The translations under genes were made by a program, and so were the position numbers. The notes beneath the pieces are model-generated. The model had not been told where the DNA came from. It did no database searches and saw only the letters and a list, made by a program, of their open reading frames with translations. From NCBI GenBank assembly GCA_002269645.1, contig NIVC01002241.1, positions 1 through 64,000 on the forward strand: DNA of 64,000 bases. The letters run 5' to 3'. Positions 12,551 to 25,939 of this stretch are shown one piece after another (the stretch's first letter is position 1; every line of letters begins with the position of its first letter). This stretch comes from Macrostomum lignano. Taxonomy: Eukaryota.

Positions 12551-12682
12551 TTCCTAAACGACGCCATCTACCAGCAGACGGGATTTGACAAGGGCGACGC
12601 CACCATTGATGAAGAGAATTTGAACGCCGTCTGCATGGCGAACTCCGCTGCTGAATTGGAGACTAAAGAGAGCGACGTTTGA
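12551..12682 (+). CDS. Probable alternative terminal exon of the ankyrin-like gene, ending in ESDV*
   Basis: Acceptor ttcccgcag at 12550 and a phase-0 frame FLNDAIYQQTGFDKGDATIDEENLNAVCMANSAAELETKESDV*. Confidence 0.5.
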   Translation, partial: FLNDAIYQQTGFDKGDATIDEENLNAVCMANSAAELETKESDV

Positions 12683-12954
12683 GTTTTATACTGTTGTGTA
12701 AAAATTATGCGCTTATATAACTGTCAGAGTCCTCCAGTGTGTGTAGTTTTTTATACTCTAAAATCCCTAAAGTGTAATAATTTTCACTACTACTGTTGAT
12801 AGTACATTGCGTGTGTAGCCACGAAATCGATGCACTTTATTGTTAATGCTATACTCGTAGTTTCTGCTTAGTGTGATTGCGTCAGCTTTCGAAAAACTGA
12901 TTAAACTAAATGTTTCTGGCAAGTTTTGAATTATTAAATTAATTCTCGATTATT

Positions 12955-13585
12955 ATTAATCCCAATTCCAAATCCCAAATCAACGGCGATCCCAATTCCG
13001 ATTCCCAAATCAACCGCGATCCCAATTCCGAATCCCAAATCAACGGTGATCCCAATTCCAAATCCCAAATCCACGGCGATCCCAACTCCGAATCCCAAAT
13101 CAACCGCGATCCCAATTCCGAATCCCAAATCAACGGTGATCCCAATTCCGAATCCCAAATTAACCGCGATCCCAATTCCGAATCCCAAATTAACCGCGAT
13201 CCCAATTCCGAATCCCAAATCAACGGCGATCCCAATTCCGAATCCCAAATCAACGGCGATCCCAATTCCGAATCCCAAATCAACGGCGATCCCAATTCCG
13301 AATCCCAAATCAACCGCGATCCCAATTCCGAATCCCAAATGAACCGCGATCCCAATTCCGAATCCCAAATCAACCGCGATCCCAATTCCGAATCCCAAAT
13401 GAACCGCGATCCCAATTCCGAATCCCAAATGAACCGCGATCCCAATTCCGAATCCCAAATCAACGGCGATCCCAATTCCGAATCCCAAATCAACTGCGAT
13501 CCCAATTCCGAATCCCAAATCAACTGCGATCCCAATTCCAAATCCCAAATTAACCGCGATCCCAATTCCAAATCCCAAATTTAGA
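12955..13585. repeat. Minisatellite, 30 bp (GATCCCAATTCCGAATCCCAAATCAACCGC)
   Basis: Visible tandem array. Confidence 0.95.
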
Positions 13586-14717
13586 ATCAAGGAATAGTTT
13601 GATTTTAGTTTTTCGACAATTTCAAATCTATACAATTAAAAAATACAATAGAAAAATAATTTTATTTTTCTATTAATTAGAACACTTTCTAATCAATTTT
13701 GAAATTTTGCATGCGTTTTTTCGTTAACTAGCTGCTGCTTATTTTATCAATAATACTAATAACAATAGACTCGTGAATAAAGCTTACAGGCAGTGTGTGC
13801 ATAACAGCTTTAACGCTTTTGTCAATTGCCTGTGCTCCGGATCTCTTGTATGCCTACTCATACACATATGTCTCTCTATGACTCATTTTTACCAAACTTT
13901 TTATTTAATCGCTTTAATAAACTGCCGTTCACACAATCTGTTAATTGTTTTTTTGCAATTAAAGAAAATTAAATACAGTTTTTTTTGTCAGTTAATTGCG
14001 AAATTCGCTGCACTTTCTACTCGCGTTAGTAGCTAGTCGCGACTGTCGCTGCTATATCAATTAAACGTTGTGCAATAAAATGTTTTTTAGTTTGGCTTTT
14101 ATATTTTATAAATGCCTCTTGTTTGCCTGCAATCTCGCTTGAAAAGCTTCGCTTATTTATTAAGTTAATTTATGTCCATTGTCAAGTCCTGGTCCCACCG
14201 CTAGCAACGCAATCAGTTCATTTTCTACCTCTGCAAAATCTGTCTATTCTGTTCTGTGCTGTAGCTGTGATGAGGCAGAAGCTGTAATGCTGCTTTTTTA
14301 AACAACTCATCTTTTTCTCTGAAGATAATCTTCTCATATTTAGTCGGCCTTACTTATTAGAGTTCGCCATATTTATAGAAATTTCGCCTCCTCTACTATC
14401 AGTAGCAGCTTGTGAATAATTTTTTTACGAAAGAATCACGATTTATATTGTACTGCAGTTGTCATACAGCTGTTCAGCGGGCTTCATTGAGTGAGTGAGT
14501 TTTTAATCAATCGTTCATTGCTTTTTTCGAAATCGATTCTTTAAAGTTATTTTTTTGTTCTCAGTTTATAGTATTTGAGCATCGCACACAGTTTGCTGCA
14601 CTTGCTATCTGCCTGAAATTAATAAATATATATATGATAATTATATTGCCGCCTAAGCTGCTAATTTTGGATCGTCAATTCGATTCGTGTCAGAGATAAA
14701 CTGATTTGTAACTGCAG

Positions 14718-15696
14718 GCTGTTTTGAAACTTTATTTGCTGATATAGCTATAGTGCATTCCTTGATGGCCCCGCCCAGGTATGGGAGCTCAGGTATCGGA
14801 AATGGGAACTCAGGTATCGGAAATGGGAGCTCAGGTATCGGAAATGGGAATTCAGGTATCGGAAATGGGAACTCAAGGTATTGGAAATGGGAACTCAGGT
14901 ATCGGAAATGGGAGCTCAGGTATCGGAAATGGGAATTCAGGTATCGGAAATGGGAACTCAAGGTATCGGAAATGGGAACTCAAGGTATCGGAAATGGGAA
15001 CTCAGGTATCGGAAATGGGAACGCAGGTATCGGAAATGGGAACTCAGGTATTGGAAATGGGAATTCAGGTATCGGAAATGGGAACTCAGGTATCGGAAAT
15101 GGGAACTCAGGTATTGGAAATGGGAACACAGGTATTGGAAATGGGAATTCAGGTATCGGAAATGGGAACTCAGATATTGGAAATGGGAATTCAGGTATCG
15201 GAAATGGGAACTCAAGGTATCGGAAATGGGAACTCAGGTATCGTAAATGGGAACGCAGGTATCGGAACTGGGAACTCAGGTATCGGAAATCAGGAAATGG
15301 CGAATCAGGTATGGGGAATGGCGAATCAGGTGTGGGGAATGGCGAATCGAGTATAGGGAAGACTCGTGCTCAGAGAAGATTCTTATCAATTTGCAACACC
15401 TTCGATATTGAAATTGGTTGGTGGAGCCCCTGCGCGGCGGCAGACCGCAGCAAGCAGAGCAAGGCAGCTGCTTCCATCAGTGCATTCACTTCCATATTGG
15501 CCTGAGTCACGAGCTCAACAGTCGGAAAATACAAGCTTATGTCTAAACTAAGTCGCCTAAATGAAGCTGCCCCAGCATGCATTTTTATGCTAATGAATAT
15601 TTGGAATTTCGAAAAGCAAGCACGCCAGTGTTTCCGTTAAAATACTGTTGCGAAACACGCGGAAAAATGTGTCCTCGGAGCGGGAAATTTTTGTTG
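14718..15696 (+). other. Putative 5' exons (UTR or N-terminal) of the downstream channel gene
   Basis: Exon 14718-14778 (actgcag acceptor, CAG|GTATGG donor), acceptor gtgctcag at 15373 and a strong donor TTG|GTGAGT at 15697. The reading frame is unresolved. Confidence 0.35.
14779..15350. repeat. Minisatellite, 21 bp (GTATCGGAAATGGGAACTCAG)
   Basis: The array starts at a splice donor and fills the intron. Confidence 0.95.
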
Positions 15697-16875
15697 GTGA
15701 GTTCATAAGTGAGTGAGTTCATGAGTGAGTTCATGAGTGAGTTCATGAGTGAGTTCATGAGTGAGTGAGTTCATGAGTGAGTGAGTTCATGAGTGAGTTC
15801 ATGAGTGAGTTCATGAGTGAGTTCATGAGTGAGTTCATGAGTGAGTTCATGAGTGAGTTCATGAGTGAGTTCATGAGTGAGTTCATGAGTGAGTTCATGA
15901 GTGAGTTCATGAGTGAGTTCATGAGTGAGTTTATGAGAGAGTTCATGAGTGAGTTCATGAGTGAGTGAGTTCATGAGTGACTAAGTGAGTTCATGAGTGA
16001 GTTCATGAGTGAGTGAGTTCATGAGTGAGTGAGTTCATGAGTGACTAAGTGAGTTCATGAGTGAGTTTATGAGTGAGTGAGTTCATGAGTGAGTGAGTTC
16101 ATGAGTGAGTGAGTTCATGAGTGAGTTCATGAGTGAGTTCATGAGTAAGTTCATGAGTGAGTGAGTTCATGAGTGAGTTCATGAGTGAGTGAGTTCATGA
16201 GTGAGTGAGTTCATGAGTGAGTTCATGAGTGAGTTCATGAGTGAGTTCATGAGTGAGTTCATGAGTGAGTTCATGAGTGAGTTCATGAGTGAGTTTATGA
16301 GAGAGTTCATGAGTGAGTTCATGAGTGAGTGAGTTCATGAGTGACTAAGTGAGTTCATGAGTGAGTTCATGAGTGAGTGAGTTCATGAGTGAGTGAGTTC
16401 ATGAGTGACTAAGTGAGTTCATGAGTGAGTTTATGAGTGAGTGAGTTCATGAGTGACTAAGTGAGTTCATGAGTGAGTTCATGAGTGAGTTCATGAGTGA
16501 GTGAGTTCATGAGTGACTAAGTGAGTTCATGAGTGAGTTTATGAGTGAGTGAGTTCATGAGTGACTAAGTGAGTTCATGAGTGAGTGAGTTCATGAGTGA
16601 CTAAGTGAGTTCATGAGTGAGTTTATGAGTGAGTGAGTTCATGAGTGACTAAGTGAGTTCATGAGTGAGTTCATGAGTGAGTTCATGAGTGAGTTCATGA
16701 GTGAGTTCATGAGTGACTAAGTGAGTTCATGAGTGAATTCATGAGTGAGTTCATGAGTGAGTTCATGAGTGAGTTCATGAGTGAGTTCATGAGTGAGTTC
16801 ATGTGAGTGAGTGAGTGGGTTACTGACCGACTGTCTGACTGACTGACTGACTGACTGACTGTCTGACTGACTGAT
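15697..16875. repeat. Minisatellite, 12 bp (GTGAGTTCATGA), followed by (GACT)n
   Basis: About 90 units to about 16802. Confidence 0.97.
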
Positions 16876-17055
16876 TTCGTAAATAAAAATTCTATTAGAA
16901 TTTCAGTATTTCTATTGCAATACTTAATCAGTAGCACGTTAAGGATTTAAAGCAGCTCTAAATAAGAGCTGCCTTCCTTTCCGATTGGATGGCGGAGCGG
17001 CCTAAGTGAGATATTTAACTCGAGGCAGAGCCAAAAGCATTTGCATCGCCAGGCC

Positions 17056-19992
17056 ATGCATTCAAGAAGCAAATCCCCTGATGATTATTCAAAGTTCAGC
17101 ATCCTACTGTGGCCGGACCGCCTTCTCCAGCTCCTCTCCGTCATCTGGCCGATGGGCCTGTCGTTCGGGCTGTTCGGAATCGAACTCGCGACCTCGCCTG
17201 GCCAGTGCCTGCTCGACCATCGTCAGAATGCCAGTCAACAGACGATGGAGTTTCTCAATCAGCTGTGCCCGCTGCTGCAACCGGTTGGGACTCGAACCCG
17301 CGACCTCGCGATAGGGTTGCTGACCTACGCCGGGCTGATGTGGCTGCCGCACCTGTGGTGGAGTCACGCTGTTGGCCCCCTGCTGCGGCGGAGGCTGCTG
17401 CTGGTGCAGAGCGAGCTGCGGCAGCTGACAGACCTCATCGGGAGGTAGAGCGGGGGAACGGTTAATCTCTTGACTCTTAGATAATCTCATCCCCCGAAAT
17501 CTCTCGCACGGAGCTAATCTCATCCCGTAGAATCTCTCTCACAGAGATAATCTCATCCCAGAGATCTCTAACAGAGATAATCTCATTCTGTAGAATCTCT
17601 CTCACAGAGATAATCTCATCCTGTAGAATCTCTCTCACAGAGATAATCTCATCCTGTAGAATCTCTCTCACAGAGATAATCTCATCCCCCAGAATCTCTC
17701 TCATAGAGATAATCTCATCCCCCGAAATTTCTCTCCACCAGAGAAGCCGCTGAGCCGCCCCGCCAGCCGCCCCTTCTCGGCGGCTTCTCGGCCATCGGCG
17801 CCGCCCGCCTGGCCAGCTGCGAGGCCGGTCGCATCGACTGGACGCTCGGCCACCGCCTGGCCGCCTGTGGCGCGCCTGGGCAGCCAAGCAGGGGGCCTGC
17901 CTTGCTGGCCAGATCCTGCTGCTCGCCTGTGGCGCCCTCGCCTGCGGCGCCGCCGGCTCCCTGGCGCCGTTTCCGGCCAGCCGGACGTGCCGAACCGATC
18001 GCCACGGAGCCGCCATGGCCACCTGCGCTCAGCCGCTGTCGCGCTGGGCGAACGCCGCACTGCTGGGCCTCCTGGCCGCTGCTGCCGCCGCCTGCGCCGC
18101 CCAAGTCGCCTTCGCCCGGCTCCGCTTCGCCCAATCGAGGCTGGCCTTCAGGGAGGACGCCTACATGGAGGCCAGCTTCTTTGCCAGCTTCATCAAGCTG
18201 ATGGCGCTGGGGTACTATAGAAATGAAGTGAGACCGGCTGAGCCACTCACTCATGAACTCACTCATGAACTCACTCATGAACTCACTCATGAACTCACTC
18301 ATGAACTCACTCATGAACTCACTCATGAACTCACTCATGAACTCACTCATGAACTCACTCATGAACTCACTCATGAACTCACTCATGAACTCACTCATGA
18401 ACTCACTCATGAACTCACTCATGAACTCACTCATGAACTCACTCATGAACTCACTCATGAACTCACTCATGAACTCACTCATGAACTCACTCATGAACTC
18501 ACTCATGAACTCATTCATGAACTCACTCATGAACTCACTCATGAACTCACTCATGAACTCACTCATGAACTCACTCATGAACTCACTCATGAACTCACTC
18601 ATGAACTCACTCATGAACTCACTCATGAACTCATTCATGAACTCACTCATGAACTCACTCATGAACTCACTCATGAACTCATTCATGAACTCACTCATGA
18701 ACTCACTCATGAACTCACTCATGAACTCACTCATAAATTCACTCAGGAACTCACAATATCACTCATTATTTCCATCCTTCACTCATTGCTTGGCTCATGC
18801 GGGTTCTCTTCAGCTCAGTCCGAAAGCATGACTCATGAGCCAAGCCGATGCTGGCGGCATATTTGCTCAGCCTCCCTGCTCCCGCCTTCATCCGGCCTCG
18901 ATCTCCCTGCAACGCCCCGCGCTGCTTCTTTGGAAGCCCTACGAGAAAATGCCATTCGCCTGCATTCGACAGGCCAGGGAGCCGCACCTGCCCCGCCACC
19001 CCCGACGGAAGTGGCCAAAAATCCTTGCTTGAGTGTCACGCCACACCACCGAGACCGGGGATTAAGAGATGGGGAGTTGAAGCAATCCTATTTAGTCTTT
19101 CTAATCCTTGATGAGGAGTGGGACCTCGTTTCGTGAGAGGGTCGCGCGCGATTAAAACTTTTGAAAAGGAAAAATTATCAAAGGTGATTTAATTTAATTC
19201 TCTTCTACTTCTTCGTGGTTTCTAAATTTGAGGATAAATGTGTTGGTAAAGAAGCAGTAAATGTTGTCGCATTACATTCTACGGAATTCAACATTCATAT
19301 TAGACCCACAATTCACAAATTATCCTACATTCCACAAAAATCGCATGTGCCACATTTTAAATAATCGAACGTCTCCCAAATCCCACAAAACCCACACCCC
19401 CAGAAATCCCACACCCACAGAAATTCCACCCTCCCCAGAAATCCCACACCCCTTAGAAAATACCACATCCCCAGAAATCCAACACTCCCCAGAAATACCA
19501 CACCCCTCAGAAATACCACACCCCTCAGAAATACCACACCCCTCAGAAATACCACACCCATCAGAAATACCACACCCCAAGACATACCACAGTCCCTTGA
19601 AATACCACACTCTCCGATCTCCAGACACTTCAAGGACATTCCGAACATCCCTACAGGTTCACCGCATCCGGGACGTGAGCTTCCACCTGTTGCCCGGCTT
19701 CCTCACCTCGGACTTCCACCTGATGTCGCTGCTATGCGAGGCCAACCAGCACCTGCTCCTGGAGTCCATCCTGCTCAGAGCCTGGACTGAGCGGTTCCTG
19801 CGGCTCAACAACCAGCAGCATCACGGCCTGCACCTGCCCACAGCCCGCCCGGCCGCCGCCGTCTTCCTCAAAGCCGCCCAGCGGTCCGGCGGCCGGCGCG
19901 CCTACACGCAGCTTCGAGCCGAGGACCTCACGAAGCGGCTGGACTTCTCCAAGGTCAAGGTCAAGATGGAGACGCACGCGTGTATCGCGTGA
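17056..19992 (+). CDS. Pannexin/innexin/LRRC8-superfamily large-pore channel, pannexin-like, about 403 aa
   Basis: Exons 17056-17444, 17742-18227 (one C missing at about 17865) and 19657-19992 join in frame through GT/AG sites. There are four hydrophobic segments and two Cys per extracellular loop. [15 protein letters not shown] and [13 protein letters not shown] parallel PANX1 [15 protein letters not shown] and NDLSLYNLFLEEN as recalled. The start codon is uncertain. Confidence 0.7.
17478..17725. repeat. Minisatellite, 30-31 bp (GAGATAATCTCATC family)
   Basis: Fills intron 17445-17741. Confidence 0.9.
18245..18752. repeat. Minisatellite, 12 bp (TCATGAACTCAC), reverse complement of the 15697 array
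   Basis: About 42 nearly perfect units. Confidence 0.97.
19380..19610. repeat. Minisatellite, 18 bp (CAGAAATACCACACCCCT)
   Basis: Short intronic array. Confidence 0.85.
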
Positions 19993-20164
19993 TTGGCTGG
20001 CGGCTGTTTATTAACTAAATTTATTGATTGATTGGATTCACTCAAGTCAGATGCCCGCGGTCCGTCCGAGACCCAGCACTCAGGGACCTTTGTGTCACTC
20101 TTCAAAATTTTTACTTCTACTGTCTCTTCATCAATCTGCCACTCTTTAAAGCCATTCACACTAT

Positions 20165-20750
20165 AAATCATTTGCTCCATAAATCATTTGCTCCATAAAC
20201 CAGTCACTCTATAAACCAGTCACTCAATAAACCAGTCACTCTATAAACCAGTCACTCTATAAACCAGTCACTCAATAAACCAGTCACTCAATAAACCAGT
20301 CACTCTATAAACCAGTCACTCTATAAACCAGTCACTCAATAAACCAGTCACTCAATAAACCAGTCACTCTATAAACCAGTCACTCAATAAACCAGTCACT
20401 CAATAAACCAGTCACTCTATAAACCAGTCACTCTATAAACCAGTCACTCAATAAACCAGTCACTCTATAAACCAGTCACTCTATAAACCAGTCACTCAAT
20501 AAACCAGTCACTCAATAAACCAGTCACTCTATAAACCAGTCACTCTATAAACCAGTCACTCAATAAACCAGTCACTCTATAAACCAGTCACTCTATAAAC
20601 CAGTCACTCAATAAACCAGTCACTCAATAAACCAGTCACTCTATAAACCAGTCACTCTATAAACCAGTCACTCAATAAACCAGTCACTCAATAAACCAGT
20701 CACTCAATAAACCAGTCACTCTATAAACCAGTCACTCCATAAACTAGTCA
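20165..20750. repeat. Minisatellite, 16 bp (TAAACCAGTCACTCTA/CAA)
   Basis: Two variant units interspersed. Confidence 0.95.
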
Positions 20751-21278
20751 CAGTATAATTCAGTTGTAAAATTATTTCTCACTTGATTTCTCTGACACCC
20801 CAATATCTGTCACTGCCTGTCTCAGCCTCCAGCTGAAGATAACTCTGGTCCTGCTGGTAATTTACTGAACACATTTTATGCTAGCCATTGTTTTTCGTTA
20901 ATTATCAACAAATGAAATCTGGTAACACATGTACAATACGAGTATCTCTATGAAATATACTTGTGTAAAATAGCATTTGATTATTAATCAAAGTTGAATC
21001 ATCTTGACTAGCAAAGACCAGGAGGCTTCTTTCTTAAAATTCATAAATTAAACGCCTTGCTCGAGTCTCATCCAGAGCCAGTTTTAGCATCCCTGCTGGT
21101 GAGCGCACGGCTTCCCATGAGATGCCATCTGTTTGCCAACTGGGCAGAGAATTTGGGAAATTTTCATTTCAACTGTCAACGCAAAACTTGCATCATCAGC
21201 CCTCCCCACTGGTAGGACAGCACAACTGCAGCTCCTGGGATCCCCTTAGGGAAAGAAAAGATAGAAATGAGTATTATC

Positions 21279-22345
<1,067 letters not shown>

Positions 22346-22809
22346 CACTGAAACCTGATGCCACCCCGAGCCCTAATCAAGCGCCCCAGTGGCCAACAAG
22401 CTCAGCTCAAAATGATCACCCAATCTGCTCCCAATGTCCTGGGCAGACACCGGGAAGGATTATTCCCTTCACGCCCAGCCACGTGCAGCGTTTGGTAGCT
22501 CTGGAGCGATGAGGCTTCGATGATTGAAGGATTATATTTCTCACTTTACTAAATTAATGAATGACGCAACCAAGCCGCTCTTTGTCTTCCAGGCCTGGGG
22601 CGCTAATTGGAAAAATCCCAGTTCCCAAAAGGCATTTATGGAACCGAGCTGGGAAGAGGCCCATCGGGAATTCAAAGTTTTTTTCAGTCCCGGCAACAAA
22701 ACTGAATCAGGAATGTCGGGCCGGGACTGAGTGGCAGTGTCAGCATAAGGGCTGTTGGTGCAGACTGGTTTAACAGTAGTCAGAGAGGAAGGAATGAGAC
22801 TCCGCTGAG

Positions 22810-23550
22810 ATGAGATCAGGGTGAGACTAAGGTGCGATCAGGGTGAGACTAAGGTTCGATCAGGATGAGACTATGGTGAGATCAGGGTGAGATTAATGTG
22901 AGATCAGGGTGAGACTAAGGTGAGATCAGGGTGAGATTAATGTGAGATCAGGGTGAGACTAAGGTGCGATCAGGTTGAGACTATGGTGAGATCAGGGTGA
23001 GATTAATGTGAGATCAGGGTGAGACTAGGTGAAATCAGGGTGAGATTAATGTGAGATCAGGGTGAGACTAAGGTGCGATCAGGATGAGACTATGGTGAGA
23101 TCAGGGTGAGATTAATGTGAGATCAGGGTGAGACTAAGGTGAGATCAGGGTGAGATTAATGTGAGATCAGGGTGAGACTAAGGTGAAATCAGGGTGAGAT
23201 TAATGTGAGATCAGGGTGAGACTAAGGTGAAATCAGGGTGAGATTAATGTGAGATCAGGGTGAGACTAAGGTGCGATCAGGTTGAGACTATGGTGAGATC
23301 AGGGTGAGACTTTTTATGCAATCAAAAAGAGATTTTTAATGAGATCAAGGTAAGACTAGGATGAGATCAAGGTAAGATATGCAATAAAATCAGGGTGAGA
23401 CTAGGATGAGATCAAGGTGCGATATGCAATAAGATCAGGGTGAGACTGGGATGAGGTCAGGGTGAGACTGGGATGAGATAAGGGTGCGACTCGGATGAGA
23501 TCAGGGTGAGACTGGGATAAGATCAGGGTGAGACTGGGATGACATCACAG
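22810..23550. repeat. Minisatellite, 22 bp (GAGATCAGGGTGAGACTAAGGT)
   Basis: Visible tandem array. Confidence 0.93.
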
Positions 23551-24139
23551 TGAAATGAGATGTCTAACCGCTAAGCAGACTAGAAAAGATGTTTTATCCA
23601 GAGTGCACCCAAAACCCCGAACGCCCGCCCGATGAAGCCCCCAGCTGATCGACCGTCAATCAGCAGCTCATTTGAGTCCCTGAGCACCAATTTGGGTGTT
23701 GCGTCAGGCGCTCGGCAAGTCGCAGCATTTGAGCCTCTTGCCACTTCACCACCAAGCACTCGCGCAGCTGTTCTCCGGTGCGCCAATTTGCTTCTTCTGC
23801 TTCTAGGAGAGGCTGTTGCTGGCCAAGAAACAGTTTAGTTGCAGAGTCTGCAGTTGCTTTTATTGACTTTCAGCTGAAACAGCCGCTCGGGCAACTTCGG
23901 GGCCGAAGCGGCGGGTTGCGTAATGCGGGAGAGAGTTGCTGCGAGCGAGAAGAAAGTCTGCAACAGTCAATCAGATTTTGCCTGCTTCGGACACCCGCCC
24001 CATCCGCGACTGAGGCACTGCGCTTGGAAACAAGATTTTAGGAATAGGGAATGCAGAGCAGACTGCAGCTAGCTGCATCATTCCGAGCAGCTGAGCCTTG
24101 GCCTCTCTCTGCCTCATTTCCTCTGTTTGTATCTCTGCG

Positions 24140-25080
24140 TCTGTCTGTGTGTCTGTCTTAGTGTCTGTCTGTTTGTCTTTACTGTCTGTCTGTCTTTAGT
24201 GTCTTAGTGTCCGTCTGTTTGTCTTTAGTGTCTTAGTGTCCGTCTGTTTGTCTTTACTGTCTTAGTGTCTTAGTGTCTGTCTGTTTGTCTTTACTGTCTT
24301 AGTGTCTTAGTGTCTGTCTGTTTGTCTTTACTGTCTTAGTGTCTTAGTGTCTGTCTGTTTGTCTTTACTGTCTGTCTGTCTTAGTGTCTTAGTGTCCGTC
24401 TGTTTGTCTTTACTGTCTGTCTGTCATAGTGTCTTAGTGCCCGTCTGTTTGTCTTTACTGTCTGTCTGTCTTAGTGTCTTAGTGCCCGTCTGTTTGTCTT
24501 TACTGTCTGTCTGTCTTAGTGTCTTAGTGCCCGTCTGTTTGTCTTTACTGTCTGTCTGTCTGTCTTAGTGTCTTAGTGTCCGTCTGTTTGTCTTTACTGT
24601 CTGTCTGTCTGTCTTAGTGTCTTAGTGTCCGTCTGTTTGTCTTTACTGTCTGTCTGTCTGTCTTAGTGTCTTAGTGCCCGTCTGTTTGTCTTTACTGTCT
24701 GTCTGTCTTAGTGTCTTAGTGTCCGTCTGTTTGTCTTTACTGTCTTTACTGTCTTAGTGTCTTAGTGCCCGTCTGTTTGTCTTTACTGTCTGTCTGTCTT
24801 AGTGTCTTAGTGTCCGTCTGTTTGTCTTTACTGTCTTTACTGTCTTAGTGTCTTAGTGCCCGTCTGTTTGTCTTTACTGTCTGTCTGTCTTAGTGTCTTA
24901 GTGCCCGTCTGTTTGTCTTTACTGTCTGTCTGTCTGTCTTAGTGTCTTAGTGTCCGTCTGTTTGTCTTTACTGTCTGTCTGCCTGTCTTAGTGTCTTAGT
25001 GCCCGTCTGTCTGTCTTAGTGTCCGTCTGCCTGCCTTTACTGTCTGTCTGTCTGTCTTAGTGTCTGTCTGTCTGTCTATA
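24140..25080. repeat. GTCTTAGT/GTCT compound satellite, unit of about 45 bp
   Basis: GCCCGT recurs at 24439 and 24484; related to 50610-53300. Confidence 0.93.
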
Positions 25081-25939
25081 ACAAATGATTAACAGTTTCA
25101 TCTTAAACATACTTACTACTTGAAGTAAGATGGATAGTTACCACATTTAAAGGGGCGGGTTGTCTGTCTAGACAACAGAAAATTTAGTCTCTTATACTCT
25201 CGCACATGGCTACTGACAACAGTAGCAATATAGGAGCAAGAGAAAGTCAGTTAAGCGGAGCATAAATCGATAATATTTCAGCCAAATCTTGGCTCAAAAA
25301 ACATTTTGCAACGAAATGCAACAACTAAAAACAACACATGGTATAGATTTATTTGAACTTTATAATAATCATTAGCATTAGTAATTTATATATAGACAAC
25401 AATAATAGCAGAGCTGGACGAGAAATGGAAATAGAGCTGCTTGAGATGAGTCTCGAGATGAGTTTAAGGACAGTCGAAATGATTAAAATAGATGGCTCAA
25501 TGATTGTGTGTACAGTTAATATATTCGCAGAGAAGTTGTTCAAACCCGCGTGTTTGTGTACTGGCGAACGCCTCCAAGGAACAAAAAGCGGCAAAATTGC
25601 CGCAAAGCAGACAGACTGCAGCTTATAATTGCAAGCACAAGAAGCGGAAATCAATAGGGCAAAGCAAAATTACATTTAAAAAAGCAGCAATACAGCAATA
25701 CTACGACTAGTATAGAAATTGCATTTTTTCAGTAAAAAGCCAAAATGACCAGCCTCGATTGAATACGATTTTTGCGCACAAATGAGCCACTCAAAAACCG
25801 AGCTACAGGTGCTATCTAGAAGGAACTGGTGCAGTGAGGAGCCTCGAATATTTCTCAAATAAAAAGTCTCGATCAGAATTTTCGAATGCAAATTTTATTT
25901 AATTTTTTAGAAATTTCAGCTAATTACTAAAGTATTGCA

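Noticed and set aside
17104-17523. Minus-strand Gln/Pro-rich ORF
   Set aside because: It is the antisense shadow of the Leu-rich channel exon. The splice signals and family motifs are on the + strand.
18819-19136. In-frame segment after a phase-0 acceptor within the channel intron
   Set aside because: Only weak donors follow, and direct joining of 18227 to 19657 already gives a continuous pannexin-like alignment. It could be a rare cassette exon but I cannot support it.
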